Shown here in pieces: positions 1-10,489 of a DNA stretch of 64,000 bases (positions are counted from its first letter, which is position 1; every line of letters begins with the position of its first letter). The translations under genes were made by a program, and so were the position numbers. Source of the DNA: Bacteroidota bacterium (lineage in GTDB: Bacteria; Bacteroidota; Ignavibacteria; UBA10030; UBA8401); contig JAJYOK010000010.1 of the NCBI GenBank assembly GCA_021796215.1, positions 10,519 to 74,518 of the forward strand, in the 5' to 3' direction. A model generated the notes under the pieces. The model saw only the letters and a program-made list of their open reading frames with translations, searched no databases and was not told where the DNA came from.

Positions 1-1
1 A

Positions 2-919
<918 letters not shown>

Positions 920-924
920 GGAGC

Positions 925-980
925 GAATGGAAAATGGAAGATGCGAGATGAAAGATTCTTACATCTTCTTTCCTCTTTTG
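925..980. repeat. 7-nt-periodic degenerate repeat with pyrimidine-rich complementary arm
   Basis: GAATGGA AAATGGA AGATGCG AGATGAA AGATTCT followed by TACATCT TCTTTCC TCTTTTG just after the eno stop. Confidence 0.6.
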
Positions 981-1001
981 TTCAGAAGAAAGGGCGTTAA
1001 A

Positions 1002-1832
1002 ATGAAAACAAATTTAACCGCAGTATTATCTTTTGCGTCGCTTGTTTTTTTCTCTTGCAAAGATAATCCTTCGGAAAATTATGGCTACATTCAGAGTGCC
1101 GATTATCTTGGAAGAGACGGGTCTGTATATCAAGACCATTTCGCAACGGTTGATTCGCTTGGGGATACGTTGAGTAATTTTTATGAAACCATCACATTAC
1201 ATCTTTCTACTGAGAACCAGCAAATTGGGGAATACCCCGTATCGCTGAAAATACTGGCGCAAGCTAACCCGGTTTCATCTTCTGATTCAATTGTATTTGC
1301 TGGCAGTAGCGGCAGTAACTGGTATGCTACGACGAACGACACCGTTTACGCGTTTGCCTATCAAGGAATCGGGCCGAGTCTTGCCTTTCCAAAACGAGGC
1401 GGTATTTTAAAGTTGCAAACATCATTCAACTTTGACGTTCCATATGCTTTGCAGAAATATTTCGAAACTAAAAATTTTGACCTCGACTCAATTTATTTAA
1501 GCGAACAGAAACGCGCAGTATATTCTTTGCCACTTTTTGTTGGAAAACAATGGCAATGCTTTAAAAGCAATTATTGGTTTCAACGGGTCCGAAAAGTAGA
1601 AGGCATAGAAAATGTTACGACGAAAGCAGGAACATTTCAGTGCTACAAAATCCGCTCATCGTTTACCGGTGATGGCTTTAGCCCTAATGAAATATGGTAC
1701 GATTACATTTCAAAAGATGGAATAATCTTGCGAACTCTACAGATTATAGCAGAGATTACCACTGAAGACAATCCCGACGGATTGGGGCGTGCGACAATGA
1801 CCGAGCGTCTCGAACTTGTTTCTCTCAAATAA
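1002..1832 (+). CDS. Hypothetical lipoprotein
   Basis: ATG at 1002, signal peptide ending LVFFSC; C-terminal VTTKAGTFQCYKI motif; AT-rich. The ORF-track ATG at 927 lies inside an intergenic repeat. Confidence 0.75.
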   Translation: MKTNLTAVLSFASLVFFSCKDNPSENYGYIQSADYLGRDGSVYQDHFATVDSLGDTLSNFYETITLHLSTENQQIGEYPVSLKILAQANPVSSSDSIVFAGSSGSNWYATTNDTVYAFAYQGIGPSLAFPKRGGILKLQTSFNFDVPYALQKYFETKNFDLDSIYLSEQKRAVYSLPLFVGKQWQCFKSNYWFQRVRKVEGIENVTTKAGTFQCYKIRSSFTGDGFSPNEIWYDYISKDGIILRTLQIIAEITTEDNPDGLGRATMTERLELVSLK

Positions 1833-1864
1833 TCTGAACTTCTCACACACTTAAACCACTTTTT

Positions 1865-3265
1865 ATGACACCAATCAAATTCGGAACTGACGGATGGCGC
1901 GGCGTAATTGCCGAAGATTTTACGTTTGCCAATCTCCAGAAAGTCGCGCTGGCAACTGCGCGCTATTTCAAAAAACATAAAAAAATTAAAAACGGCCTCG
2001 TTATCGGCTATGACGCGCGGTTTCTTTCGAAAGAATTTGCGCACGCCGCCGCTCAGGTGATTGCAAGCGCAGGCGTAAAAGTGAAATTGGCGGACAAGAT
2101 TTCTTCCACGCCAATGACCTCGCTCGGCATTGTGAAGATGAATGCCGCGGGCGGTGTTGTCATCACCGCGAGCCACAATCCTGCGAAATACAACGGCTTC
2201 AAAATCAAAGGAGATTTCGGAGGACCGGCGCATCCGGAAATGGTGGCGAAAGTTGAACAGCAGCTTGCGCCGATTCTGAAGGCGAAAGAACTTCCGTTGA
2301 AGCTGAAGCCGTTTGATGACCTCGTGAAGAAAAAACTTATCGAGTTCGTTGACCTCACCACGCTGTATGTTGAAGACATCAAGACGAAGATCGAATTTGA
2401 CCTGATCAAAGTTATCGGCGTGAAGATTATGTACGACGCAATGTTCGGCGCAGGGCAGGGCGTTCCTGAAATGCTCGTGCCGAATATCGGCACAATCCGC
2501 AGTTCATTCAATCCGTCGTTCGGCGGCGGACATCCCGAGCCGTTGGCGCAGAATCTTGAAGAACTCGCGCTGGAAGTACGCGAAGGAAGCTACGACATCG
2601 GTATTGCAACCGATGGCGATGCCGACCGCGTCGGCGCAATTGATGAAAATGGAAATTTTGTTGACTCGCACCGCATCTTTGCGATCCTTCTTAAATATCT
2701 TGTTGAACGAAAACATTACAAAGGAGAAGTGGCGAAGTCGTTGTCGGTCAGCGAAATTATTCCGAAGATGTGCGCAAAGTACGGAATCACGTTGAACGAA
2801 ACACCGGTCGGTTTTAAATATCTCTGCCGGTTGATGGTCGAGCGCGACATTATCATTGCCGGCGAAGAAAGCGGCGGACTTGGCGTGAAAGGACATTTGC
2901 CGGAACGCGACGGTATTTTTGTCGGATTTCTTCTTGCAGAAATTATGGCGGTGCGGCGAATGAAACTGAGCCAGCTTGTGCAGGAATTGTTTGACGAGTA
3001 CGGCGAATATCATTTCGGCAGAATTGATGCGCATGTGACGGAACAGGAAAAGAAAAAGATTGTCGGCTACTACAGCAAAAAGCCGAAGAAGATCGGCACG
3101 TTCACCGTCCATCGCATTGACACAACCGACGGATTTAAATTTTTTGTTGACGGCGGATGGATTCTCGTACGCGCGTCCGGTACCGAGCCGTTGATTCGTT
3201 TTTATGCGGAAGCCAACAGCCCGGACAAAGTGCAGGCAATGTTGAAAGCGGCGTCGAAGATTTAA
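1865..3265 (+). CDS. Phosphoglucomutase/phosphomannomutase family protein
   Basis: FGTDGWRG, ITASHNP phosphoserine loop, DGDADR metal loop, GEESGG, RASGTEP. Confidence 0.95.
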   Translation: MTPIKFGTDGWRGVIAEDFTFANLQKVALATARYFKKHKKIKNGLVIGYDARFLSKEFAHAAAQVIASAGVKVKLADKISSTPMTSLGIVKMNAAGGVVITASHNPAKYNGFKIKGDFGGPAHPEMVAKVEQQLAPILKAKELPLKLKPFDDLVKKKLIEFVDLTTLYVEDIKTKIEFDLIKVIGVKIMYDAMFGAGQGVPEMLVPNIGTIRSSFNPSFGGGHPEPLAQNLEELALEVREGSYDIGIATDGDADRVGAIDENGNFVDSHRIFAILLKYLVERKHYKGEVAKSLSVSEIIPKMCAKYGITLNETPVGFKYLCRLMVERDIIIAGEESGGLGVKGHLPERDGIFVGFLLAEIMAVRRMKLSQLVQELFDEYGEYHFGRIDAHVTEQEKKKIVGYYSKKPKKIGTFTVHRIDTTDGFKFFVDGGWILVRASGTEPLIRFYAEANSPDKVQAMLKAASKI

Positions 3266-3278
3266 CGACCACTCACAC

Positions 3279-3397
3279 TCGGGAATTTTTTCAGAGATTC
3301 AAGTTGTTGTGCGGAGCGAAGCATTCATTCTTCGGAAAAAGAAATGGATTCTTCAGCCGCTTTGCTCCTTCAGAATGACAATGAGAAAAGTTCCCGA
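3279..3397. repeat. REP-like palindromic element with outer inverted repeats
   Basis: TCGGGAATTTTTTC (3279-3292) pairs with GAGAAAAGTTCCCGA (3383-3397); encloses GGATTCTTC...CAGAATGACA and a decayed GCGGAGCGAAGCATTC partner. Confidence 0.55.
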
Positions 3398-3408
3398 TTA
3401 TCGAATTC

Positions 3409-4734
3409 ATGCTCACAAACAGTTACAACTCTTATTATAACGTGATGCCCGACGGAACGGTGAAGCAGATCAATCCGTTCACCGGGACAGAAGTATGGGC
3501 TGTTCCGGGGCGCGCCAGCAAACCGATCTCCAACGAAATTCCTTCGACTGCAAAATCGCTCACAGCGGTCGAGCGTGAAAACTTCTGCAGTTTTTGTGAG
3601 ACGCGGTATTTCGAAACGCCTCCGGAGAAAGCGCGGCTTGTCAAACGCGATTCGTGGTATGAACATATCCGCCATCTTCCCGCCGAACGGTACTACGAAA
3701 CGGCAGCCGAGTTCCGCCGTGTTGGAAATTTGTTTGAGATTGTGACCATTGAATACTGGAAAAAAAATTATGATTATCGCTTAACGAAAGAAGCGATTGA
3801 GTGGCGCGATACGTACGTGGCGACGCCGAAAGGCGAAGAACATATCAACGCACTGTACCGCTACAAAATGAAAATGTCGGGAAAGTCAGAGCAGGAAATC
3901 CGCCGCAAGACTCAGTTCGAAAAAATACAAATGCTCGACGCGTTCTTCGGCGGCTGCCACGAGTTGATCATCGCACATAAGCATTTCATCAAAGGGGCGA
4001 CGCACGATACACAGCTTGCGTCATCCGGAGAATTGACGCAGGAAGAACATTACCAGTATTTCAAGCTGGCGCTGGATTCGATGCAGGATATGCTGCAGCA
4101 GAATCGTTACATCCGGTACATCAGCGTATTTCAAAACTGGCTTCATCCTGCCGGTGCATCGGTTGATCATTTGCACAAACAGATTGTCGGCTTGGATGAA
4201 TGGGGTTCGGCGATGCAGACGCAGATTAAAATGCTGCGGGAAGATCCAAACATCTTCAATGAATTCGGCGTCAATCTTGCTTCGCAATACAATCTTGTTT
4301 TTGCTGAAAATGATTTCGCCATTGCCTTCGTCGGCATCGGGCATCGTTTTCCGACCATTGAAATCTATTCGAAATCTTATCACTCGCGTCCATTTGAACA
4401 TTCCGACGATGAATTACGCGGCATGAGCAATCTAGTCCATGCGTGTCACGCCGCGTTGGGCAGCCAGATTTCCTGCAACGAGGAATGGTATTACACGCCG
4501 ATTGATGCGATCTATAAAATGCCGTGGCATGTTCTGCTGAAATGGCGCGTCAATGTTCCGGCAGGCTTCGAAGGCGGCACAAGTATTTTCATCAATCCAA
4601 TCACGCCGGTAGACTTGCGCGACAAATTGGTGCCGCGGCTGTATCAGCTTCGCGACAGCGGATTTATCAACAATTTTCGCATCGCCGAAGAATGCCACCT
4701 TCGCCCGAATCCGTTGAAATATCATCTTCGATGA
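3409..4734 (+). CDS. DUF4921-like protein, GalT/HIT-related putative nucleotidylyltransferase
   Basis: N-terminal NPFTGTEVW..PGRASKP, CxFC...ETPPE, and NWLHPAGASVDHLHKQ resembling the GalT GASxxHxHxQ motif. Confidence 0.75.
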   Translation: MLTNSYNSYYNVMPDGTVKQINPFTGTEVWAVPGRASKPISNEIPSTAKSLTAVERENFCSFCETRYFETPPEKARLVKRDSWYEHIRHLPAERYYETAAEFRRVGNLFEIVTIEYWKKNYDYRLTKEAIEWRDTYVATPKGEEHINALYRYKMKMSGKSEQEIRRKTQFEKIQMLDAFFGGCHELIIAHKHFIKGATHDTQLASSGELTQEEHYQYFKLALDSMQDMLQQNRYIRYISVFQNWLHPAGASVDHLHKQIVGLDEWGSAMQTQIKMLREDPNIFNEFGVNLASQYNLVFAENDFAIAFVGIGHRFPTIEIYSKSYHSRPFEHSDDELRGMSNLVHACHAALGSQISCNEEWYYTPIDAIYKMPWHVLLKWRVNVPAGFEGGTSIFINPITPVDLRDKLVPRLYQLRDSGFINNFRIAEECHLRPNPLKYHLR

Positions 4735-4782
4735 AAACTTTGCTATCTACGAAGCACACGAAGGGACGCTAAGAAAAAAATC

Positions 4783-5166
4783 ATGACAACCTACACTGCG
4801 ACAACCGAAGGTATCACAATCAGAGTTCGCCCCGTTTATCTTGACGGTCAATCCAACGTCATTGCGAAGAAATTTGTCTTCGCATACTTCATTCGCATTG
4901 AAAATCACAGAAAGGAAGCCGTGCAGCTTCTGCGCCGCCATTGGTTTATTACGGACGCCGCCGGCGATGTAAAAGAAGTTGAAGGAGAAGGAGTCATCGG
5001 GAAAAAGCCGGTGATTGAGCCGGGCAGCGTGCACGAGTACAACAGTTTTTGTATACTTGAAACATTTGAAGGAGCGATGGAAGGAACTTATTTGATGACG
5101 CACGAAGATGGCGGGCAATTTCATGTGACGATTCCGCGATTTACACTTCGCGCTGCGGCGAATTGA
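4783..5166 (+). CDS. apaG: ApaG protein
   Basis: FAYFIRIEN, QLLRRHWFITD, EVEGEGVIG, GAMEGTY. Confidence 0.95.
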   Translation: MTTYTATTEGITIRVRPVYLDGQSNVIAKKFVFAYFIRIENHRKEAVQLLRRHWFITDAAGDVKEVEGEGVIGKKPVIEPGSVHEYNSFCILETFEGAMEGTYLMTHEDGGQFHVTIPRFTLRAAAN

Positions 5167-5176
5167 TTGTTGTTGG

Positions 5177-5641
5177 ATGATGAAGAACGAAACTGATCGA
5201 ATAATTATTTATTGCGATGGGGCATGTTCGGGAAATCAATTCGGGACAAATCGCGGCGGCTGGGGAGCGGTGCTGCTGTTTCAAGGACACCGCAAAGAAA
5301 TTTCCGGCGGCGAGAAGAATACCACTAATCAACGTATGGAATTGACGGCGTGCATCAGCGCGCTTGAATCATTGAAGCGCACCGATCTGCCCGTCATCAT
5401 TTATTCCGACAGCGCCTATCTGGTAAATTGTATGCAGCAGAAGTGGTACGAAAAATGGCAGCGCAACGGCTGGAAGAATGCAAAAAAGCAGCCTGTGGAA
5501 AACCGGGACTTGTGGGAACGGCTGCTGAACGTGCTTTCGGAATTTAAAACAAGTTTTCGCAAGGTTGAGGGGCATGTTGGTATTGAACTGAATGAGCGCG
5601 CCGATCAACTTGCCCGCCTCGCTGCCGAAAAACAAGAGTAA
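5177..5641 (+). CDS. rnhA: Ribonuclease HI
   Basis: YCDGACSGN, GGWG, TTNQRMEL, YSDSAY, VENRDLW, GHVG...NERADQLA. Confidence 0.95.
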   Translation: MMKNETDRIIIYCDGACSGNQFGTNRGGWGAVLLFQGHRKEISGGEKNTTNQRMELTACISALESLKRTDLPVIIYSDSAYLVNCMQQKWYEKWQRNGWKNAKKQPVENRDLWERLLNVLSEFKTSFRKVEGHVGIELNERADQLARLAAEKQE

Positions 5642-5658
5642 TCATAAACCGTGACGGT

Positions 5659-6300
5659 CTATTTTTTCATGTGCTCTAATTCTTTTTCCACTTTCCGTTG
5701 AAAATATCCGTCGGCGAGATACGCGTATAAATTTTTCCCCGGGCATACCGTGATTTTCGAATAATCCTTATGTCCCTTGATGACGTCCGGCGAGAGATGG
5801 TATTTCAAGCACAGCCAGGTAAAAAGATTCACGATCGAATTGAGTTGCTTCTTCGTCGGCGTAATGTTTTCGTAATTTCCTAATACGCATATCAATGCAT
5901 GTCCGGTCGGATCATATTCTGTGTTCGTGTCACCGGCGTACCGAATATCCCGCCCCTCGTAAATTGTTCCGTCAAGATCAATTAGATAATGATATGGAAT
6001 ATCCATCCATTTCTTTTCCGAGCGCGACCAGTTTTGAAGATTGCGCAGATACGCGCGCGGGTCTTCATCCTTTGTGAAATCAACGCCGCCGTGATGAAGC
6101 GTGATATGAGTAATTTTCTGAACGGGATGAGTGAGCGTGTCGCGCGTTCCGCCCCATTGTGCGACTGTGACGATGGATTGATCAAAATGTTGAAAATCAA
6201 CTTGATGCGAACCGGCGCATCCCGTTAAAAGGAAGGCGGGCAAACCGGAAAGAACGAATGCGGCAGAAATGGCAGCGATGGGAAAATAAAAACGTTTCAT
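5659..6300 (-). CDS. N-acetylmuramoyl-L-alanine amidase (PGRP/Amidase_2 type) lipoprotein
   Basis: Lipobox LTGC; ITLHH, DIPYHYLID, GHKD...CPG zinc-amidase motifs. Confidence 0.88.
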   Translation of the reverse strand: MKRFYFPIAAISAAFVLSGLPAFLLTGCAGSHQVDFQHFDQSIVTVAQWGGTRDTLTHPVQKITHITLHHGGVDFTKDEDPRAYLRNLQNWSRSEKKWMDIPYHYLIDLDGTIYEGRDIRYAGDTNTEYDPTGHALICVLGNYENITPTKKQLNSIVNLFTWLCLKYHLSPDVIKGHKDYSKITVCPGKNLYAYLADGYFQRKVEKELEHMKK

Positions 6301-6466
6301 GTTTAGAGAACTCCTTTAGAATCTCATACAGAGTGGTGATGGTAAAGTGAATTTTGCTCTTTGTTTATACGAGAATTTTTCCTAAAAAACAAACCTGTCA
6401 CAGGTTGCATTCCTCTAAAAAATTGTGGACTTTTAACAGGCACAGAAATATTATAAAGGAATTTCT

Positions 6467-7708
6467 ATGAACATCATTGAATGGACGTCTGAACTACGGT
6501 TTATTGTCGCGCTGGCGCTCGGCTTCCTTGTCGGGCTTGAACGTGAAAGCTCGAAATCCGACGATAACGGAATGGTTTTCGGCGGCGTGCGGACACTTCC
6601 GATTATCAGCATGTTAGGCTTCGGCTGTGCGTGGCTTCAGCACATCGGCGTCACGCTTGCCCTTCCGATCGGATTGATCGCTGTCGCCGCGCTCACATCA
6701 ATTGCCTATGCCGCAAAAATCCGCAGCGGACGTTTCGGCTCGACAAGCGCCGTCACCGCGCTTCTCACGTTTGTCGTCGGCGCGCTGGCAATGCTCGTTG
6801 ATGTGTGGGTTGCAATGTCGCTCGGCATCATCAACACGATTTTACTGTCGGAAAAATCGGAGCTTGAATCGTTTGTCGAGCGGCTGAACAGAGTAGAATT
6901 TCTTGCGACGCTGAAATTCCTGCTGGTCACGATCATCATTCTTCCTGCTCTTCCGAATCGCCCGTACACGCGCTTCAACTTAAATCCGACGACAATATGG
7001 GAAGTGGTCATTCTCGTTTCAACAATTGGCTTCATCGGATATTTGCTGTCGAAAAAATTCGGCAACAAAATCGGCATGTGGCTGTCCGGTATGATCGGCG
7101 GAATGGTTTCCAGCACGGCGGTCAGCGTTGCGGCGGGAAGAATTGCAAAGAAAGATCCGTCGCGCGCCGGAAGCGCACTGCAGGCGTCGCTGCTCGCATG
7201 CAGCGTAATGTATCTTCGTATGCTTGTGCTCATCTGGTTCGTTGCTCCTTCGTTCGTCGCGGTGCTGTGGTGGAAGTTGATTGCACTGGCGGTGATCGGT
7301 ATTCTTCTTTCAATCGGTGTCAAACACAATTCTCAAGCTCAGTCCGAAAGTGAAATTCCGCAGTTTCAAAATCCGTTTGAAATCAGGCCCGCGGTGGTCT
7401 TCGCGGCGTTGTTCGTTGTCCTTTCAATCGTGACGATCTTTGTAGAGACAACAGTTGGCAGTGCCGGTATGCTGACACTTGCCGCTTTCGTCGGCGTCAC
7501 AGATATCACGCCGTTCGTTCTTTCAATTGTGAGCGGCACAGGTGCAATGAGAGCGGTATTGATTTCCGCAATCATCATTTCAATGATGAGCAACACGATT
7601 GTGAAGGGTGCGTACTTTGGCTGGTTCGCGCCCTCTATCCGGAAAGAGACTACATGGCGGTTTCTTTTGTGGACTGCGCTGCATATTCCGTTTGTGATGA
7701 TGAGTTGA
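6467..7708 (+). CDS. MgtC/SapB family membrane protein with DUF4010-type C-terminus
   Basis: LVGLERE...GGVRT MgtC signature; multi-TM; GMVSSTAV and PFEIRPA motifs. Confidence 0.88.
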   Translation: MNIIEWTSELRFIVALALGFLVGLERESSKSDDNGMVFGGVRTLPIISMLGFGCAWLQHIGVTLALPIGLIAVAALTSIAYAAKIRSGRFGSTSAVTALLTFVVGALAMLVDVWVAMSLGIINTILLSEKSELESFVERLNRVEFLATLKFLLVTIIILPALPNRPYTRFNLNPTTIWEVVILVSTIGFIGYLLSKKFGNKIGMWLSGMIGGMVSSTAVSVAAGRIAKKDPSRAGSALQASLLACSVMYLRMLVLIWFVAPSFVAVLWWKLIALAVIGILLSIGVKHNSQAQSESEIPQFQNPFEIRPAVVFAALFVVLSIVTIFVETTVGSAGMLTLAAFVGVTDITPFVLSIVSGTGAMRAVLISAIIISMMSNTIVKGAYFGWFAPSIRKETTWRFLLWTALHIPFVMMS

Positions 7709-7805
7709 AGTGGATGCCGGGATAGGTTGTTGGCCGATTTTCTAGCCTGTGCCGTCACAGCATTTTGTTGCACTTACTCAAGTTGAAGAGCCTCTTGGAG
7801 GAAAG

Positions 7806-7834
7806 TTGCAACTGCACACACATCTTTGTACCTT
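7806..7834 (+). promoter_or_regulatory. Putative sigma70-type promoter of methyltransferase gene
   Basis: TTGCAA (7806-7811) N17 TACCTT (7829-7834). Confidence 0.55.
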
Positions 7835-7885
7835 TGCCTGCAGATCGGTAGTATATATATGTTGAGAGGGTTCCGCCTTAACCAT

Positions 7886-8524
7886 ATGAAATCTTCTTCT
7901 TATTTTCAGATCGATAGATCGGAAATGGTAAAATTTTTACCCAAAGAATATCATTATGTTCTTGAAATCGGATGTGGTGAAGGTAATTTTTCACGGTTTC
8001 TGAAATCTGGTTGCGAAATTTGGGGTTGCGAACCAGATGAACGTGCGGCCGCTGTTGCAGCCCGGAAACTAGCTAGAATTCTTCTGGGCAACTATGAAAC
8101 CGTAGCAGAAAAAATCCCCGCGGACTATTTTGACCTAGTGATTTGTAATGATGTAATCGAACACATGGAAGATCATGATTGGTTCTTCGATTCAATTATT
8201 CAAAAAATGAGGCCGGGAGGAGTTCTTGTAGGCTCTATTCCAAATATTCGTCACATTCGTACTTTGTATGAGTTGGTTTTCAAAAAGGACTGGCAGTATC
8301 AGGATGGTGGAACGCTTGATAGGACGCATCTTCGCTTCTTCACCAGGAAAAGCCTTTTGCGCACACTTATCGCGCATAAGTTTACCATAGAGGAATTTGC
8401 AGGAATAAACGTTACTCAAAGTACTATCAATCATATTATTCAATTTTTCATAAATTTCGTCACACTCTGGTGCCATCGAGATGTAAAATATCTTCAGTTT
8501 GCATTTCGTATACGGCGAGGATAG
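7886..8524 (+). CDS. Class I SAM-dependent methyltransferase
   Basis: VLEIGCGEG motif I, FDLVICNDVIEH, LDRTHLRFFT; AT-rich. Confidence 0.88.
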   Translation: MKSSSYFQIDRSEMVKFLPKEYHYVLEIGCGEGNFSRFLKSGCEIWGCEPDERAAAVAARKLARILLGNYETVAEKIPADYFDLVICNDVIEHMEDHDWFFDSIIQKMRPGGVLVGSIPNIRHIRTLYELVFKKDWQYQDGGTLDRTHLRFFTRKSLLRTLIAHKFTIEEFAGINVTQSTINHIIQFFINFVTLWCHRDVKYLQFAFRIRRG

Positions 8525-8550
8525 CATCCTCCAAGAAAATTCATTTCACA

Positions 8551-9516
8551 GTGGTCACAACTATCACCTTAAATCCGCTTCTCGATAAAACGCTGTACAT
8601 TGATTCGCTTCAGCGCGGGGAAATTCATCGGGCGTCGAAGAGTGAAGCAGCCGCCGGCGGCAAAGGAAATAACGTCGCCCGACAGTTGACATGTTTCGGT
8701 ATTTCAACAACCGCCACAGGATTTATCGGCGGCGAGACGGGGGCGATTCTTGCGCGGATTCTTTCGGAAGAAAAAATCGTCCACGACTTTGTGCAAACAA
8801 AATCTCCGACCCGCGAAGGTATCACGTACCGCGAAGCGGACGGAACTGCAACATCATTCTTCGATCCGCCTCCGGAAATTCTTCCGGACGAGGCGGACCT
8901 TTTGGTAGAACGCTGCAGGCAGTTCATTGCCAGAAGCCCTCAGCCTAAAGCTGAAGAGCTTATTGCCCGGTGGATCGTATGTGCCGGCAGTTCGCCTTCG
9001 CCGTCTGCCGACGATGTGTTCAGCAAAATTATTGCCAATGCGAACCGCCTCGGTGTGTGCAGCGTGCTTGATTCGTACGGCCGCGCTTTTTTATCTGCGC
9101 TCGATGCCGTTCCTACACTTGTGAAAGTGAACCGGAAAGAATTTGAAGAAGCATTCGCTGTAACTCTCAACGACGATCTCGATTTCCAGAAAGGATTGCA
9201 AATGCTTCTTGATCGCGGGATTCAGTATACAGTGATCACCAATGGCGCACATGCGGCGTACGCGGCAATCAAAGAGCATTTTTGGAAAATTCTCCCGCCG
9301 GAAATTCACGCCATAAATCCTGTCGGCTCCGGAGATGCAATGACCGCAGGGATTTTGTATGGATTTCTTCAAGGCTGGAAATTTGAACGATGTCTCACGT
9401 GGGGTGCAGCCGCTGGTGCCGCGAACGCGCAAGAGTGGACCGTGGCAAAAGCATCAATGGAAGAAGTGCAGCGTTTAAGCGAGCGCGTTCTCATTAAGCG
9501 GCTGAAGAGAATATAA
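8551..9516 (+). CDS. 1-phosphofructokinase-family (PfkB) hexose kinase
   Basis: GTG start inferred; TLNPLLD, GGKGNNVAR, NPVGSGDAMTAG. Confidence 0.88.
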   Translation: MVTTITLNPLLDKTLYIDSLQRGEIHRASKSEAAAGGKGNNVARQLTCFGISTTATGFIGGETGAILARILSEEKIVHDFVQTKSPTREGITYREADGTATSFFDPPPEILPDEADLLVERCRQFIARSPQPKAEELIARWIVCAGSSPSPSADDVFSKIIANANRLGVCSVLDSYGRAFLSALDAVPTLVKVNRKEFEEAFAVTLNDDLDFQKGLQMLLDRGIQYTVITNGAHAAYAAIKEHFWKILPPEIHAINPVGSGDAMTAGILYGFLQGWKFERCLTWGAAAGAANAQEWTVAKASMEEVQRLSERVLIKRLKRI

Positions 9517-9569
9517 CCTCCCTATTTTCCCCCTCATTTTTTTGGGAAAATTTCCTCTTTTTTCCTATA

Positions 9570-10460
9570 TTGAATTCACGTATGAGAAAGACAGCAGTGG
9601 TAGCAGCATTTCTGTTGAGTTTTCAAAGCTGGTCGTGCGGCATTTTTCAAGCGATTGCAGTCAAATCCACCACCGGAATTCTCGACAAAGGCATGGAAGC
9701 AGTGTTCGAGGAATCTGATCTCGGTTTGGCGGAACAGGCGATTGCTTCCGATTTGAAACTGCTCGAAGCGCTTCACAAATCAGACCCCGGCAACGACCAT
9801 CTTCTTCTCATGCTGACGCAAGGCTACACCGGCTACGCGCTCGGTTTTGTGGAAGACGATTCCGCTAACGGGATTGAACGGGCAAAAATGTTTTACGCGC
9901 GCGCGCGCGATTACGGCTTAGAAGTATTGCGGAAGAACAAAGCGTTCAACGTTGCGTTCGATGAAAATCCAGCGGCGTTCACAAAGAGTCTCGAATCATT
10001 TTCCGATGACGATGTTCCGATTATTTTCTGGACAGCAAATGCGTGGGGCAACTTGATCAACCTCAGCCTCGACGACCCGGCCGTGCTTGTTGATTTGTAT
10101 AAAGTGAATGCGATGATGGAATTTGTGCTTCATCATGACGAGCAATATTATTTCGGAAGCGCACATTTATATTTTGGAATGATCCTTGCCACAACGCCGA
10201 AAGTTCTTGGCGGAAATCCGGAGAAAGCGAAAGAGCATTTCGAACGATGCCTTGAGATCAGCAAAAACAAATTTTTGCTCGCGTATGTCTATTACGCCCG
10301 CAGTTACGCCGTGCAAGTACAAAATCAGCAGTTGTTCGAATCATTGTTGAAAAAAGTTGAAGACGCACCGATTGATATTCTTCCTGAACAGCGATTGGTG
10401 AATGCCGTTGCGAAAAAGAAAGCACGATTGCTGCTCGCGCAAGAATCGGAATTGTTCTAG
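9570..10460 (+). CDS. TRAP transporter TatT (T-component), putative lipoprotein
   Basis: Signal with SWSC; helical protein with GERAKMFYARAR/AKEHFERCLE repeats; directly upstream of dctPQM. Start may be 9582. Confidence 0.8.
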   Translation: MNSRMRKTAVVAAFLLSFQSWSCGIFQAIAVKSTTGILDKGMEAVFEESDLGLAEQAIASDLKLLEALHKSDPGNDHLLLMLTQGYTGYALGFVEDDSANGIERAKMFYARARDYGLEVLRKNKAFNVAFDENPAAFTKSLESFSDDDVPIIFWTANAWGNLINLSLDDPAVLVDLYKVNAMMEFVLHHDEQYYFGSAHLYFGMILATTPKVLGGNPEKAKEHFERCLEISKNKFLLAYVYYARSYAVQVQNQQLFESLLKKVEDAPIDILPEQRLVNAVAKKKARLLLAQESELF

Positions 10461-10489
10461 AACACTTTTATTGTTGAGAAAAATACGCC

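Noticed and set aside
6330-6466. Fluoride riboswitch-like GGTGATGG upstream of the MgtC/DUF4010 gene
   Set aside because: The following pairing partner and GCTGATGAC-type segment are absent
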